Assembly: GCF_018977255.1 (NCBI RefSeq)
Contig: NW_024704742.1
Span: 97,342,001-97,406,000, forward strand
Origin: Callorhinchus milii
Taxonomy: Eukaryota
Direction of reading: 5' to 3'
DNA: 64,000 bases
Below the pieces are notes generated by a model. The model was given only the letters and a program-made list of their open reading frames with translations, was not told the DNA's origin and did no database searches. The position numbers were made by a program, and so were the translations under genes. Below are positions 63,320-64,000 of the stretch, one piece after another (positions within the stretch are counted from its first letter, which is position 1; each line of letters starts with the position of its first letter).

Positions 63320-63797
63320 CGTAACAGGCATGAGGGTGACACGGAAGAATCGGTCAACACCAAACATAGTTAGTGAATAGACACATCAACTTTATTGGGC
63401 TCAGTGCCATCAGATAAAATAAACCATGTGTAGAGGACACCCACAGTATAGGAGTCAGCTCCTTTACCTGTTCCTCCTCAGTTCCTGAGTTCTGGTCCTT
63501 GGAAGTAGCCTAGAGCATAATGAGTTATGCTCTAGGCTACTTCCAAGGACCATCCAAGGGCTTCCCTTCTGAAATGGCAGCTTGGATTATTCAATAGGTC
63601 AATGCGTAGCCTTGGATGACATTGCTCCAAAGTTGAGAATTGAGTGGAGAGTGAGCGATTACACTCTCATCGCTGTGTATCACCCAGCGATGAGACTGGG
63701 TCCTCATCACCCCCTCCCCTCCTACTCCCCGCCCCAGAATGACCAAACTTGAGCTCAGTTGGCTTACCTCCCAGTTTCATACTCCAAGCATGTTACA
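63320..63797 (-). mobile_element. Probable solo LTR (~478 bp) inserted in an old CR1 remnant
   Basis: Inverted termini (c)GTAACA ... TGTTACA; minus-strand AATAAA (~63391-63396) about 70 nt from the end; CR1-like sequence on both sides (~63110-63300, ~63840-63930). TSD imperfect (atat/gtac). Confidence 0.5.
63493..63552. repeat. Perfect 28-bp inverted repeat with a 4-nt loop
   Basis: tggtccttggaagtagcctagagcataa-TGAG-ttatgctctaggctacttccaaggacca. Confidence 0.97.
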
Positions 63798-64000
63798 GTA
63801 CTGTGTGGGTTTGCTTTATCCCAATGAGCATTTTAATACACCTATCCATAATAACTCCTTTGAGGAGTCTCTTCAACACAGAAGAGCCCCAATTTATCTA
63901 ATCATTTCTCATAGCTCAAGATCATCCTTCAAATACTTGAGATTGGGCTCATTGTTTACATCTGTATTGCCCCGAGACCAGGACAGCAGCATAATTCAAA

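Noticed and set aside
47832..64000. PRUNE2 exon 7 or a PCA3 homolog
   Set aside because: I found no spliceable segment resembling the rest of the DHHA2 domain; it is probably beyond the window. PCA3 homology cannot be supported from sequence.
1..64000. CRISPR array or prokaryotic/viral gene system
   Set aside because: No regularly spaced repeats and no dense ORFs. The recurring motifs are dispersed SINE/LINE tails in a eukaryotic intron.

Overview
Vertebrate genomic DNA: AT-rich and repeat-rich. The repeat content (CR1/HER1-like LINEs, L2 LINEs, Deu-tailed tRNA SINEs) points to a cartilaginous fish, possibly a chimaera; this is inference. The window holds the 5' part of one + strand gene, a PRUNE2 (prune homolog 2/BMCC1) ortholog. 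It has a CpG-rich promoter at ~5.7-7.6 kb, coding exon 1 at 6761-6796, a 33-kb intron 1, and exons 2-6 at 39767-47831 (783 nt, 261 aa, N-terminal DHH-family domain). Intron 6 runs off the window end. The rest is intronic or upstream sequence with CR1, L2, SINE, MITE and a probable solo-LTR insertion. The most notable observation is that this PRUNE2 keeps most PRUNE1-type active-site motifs that mammalian PRUNE2 has lost, but has lost a different catalytic Asp. Other observations: an overlapping uORF, a recurrent SINE truncation point at an RNA hairpin, SINE/L2 tail sharing, a local segment copied into a SINE, and several strong hairpins. I found no prokaryotic-type system (CRISPR etc.) and no clearly new multi-gene system. 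Family names and human comparisons are from recall, not database searches.
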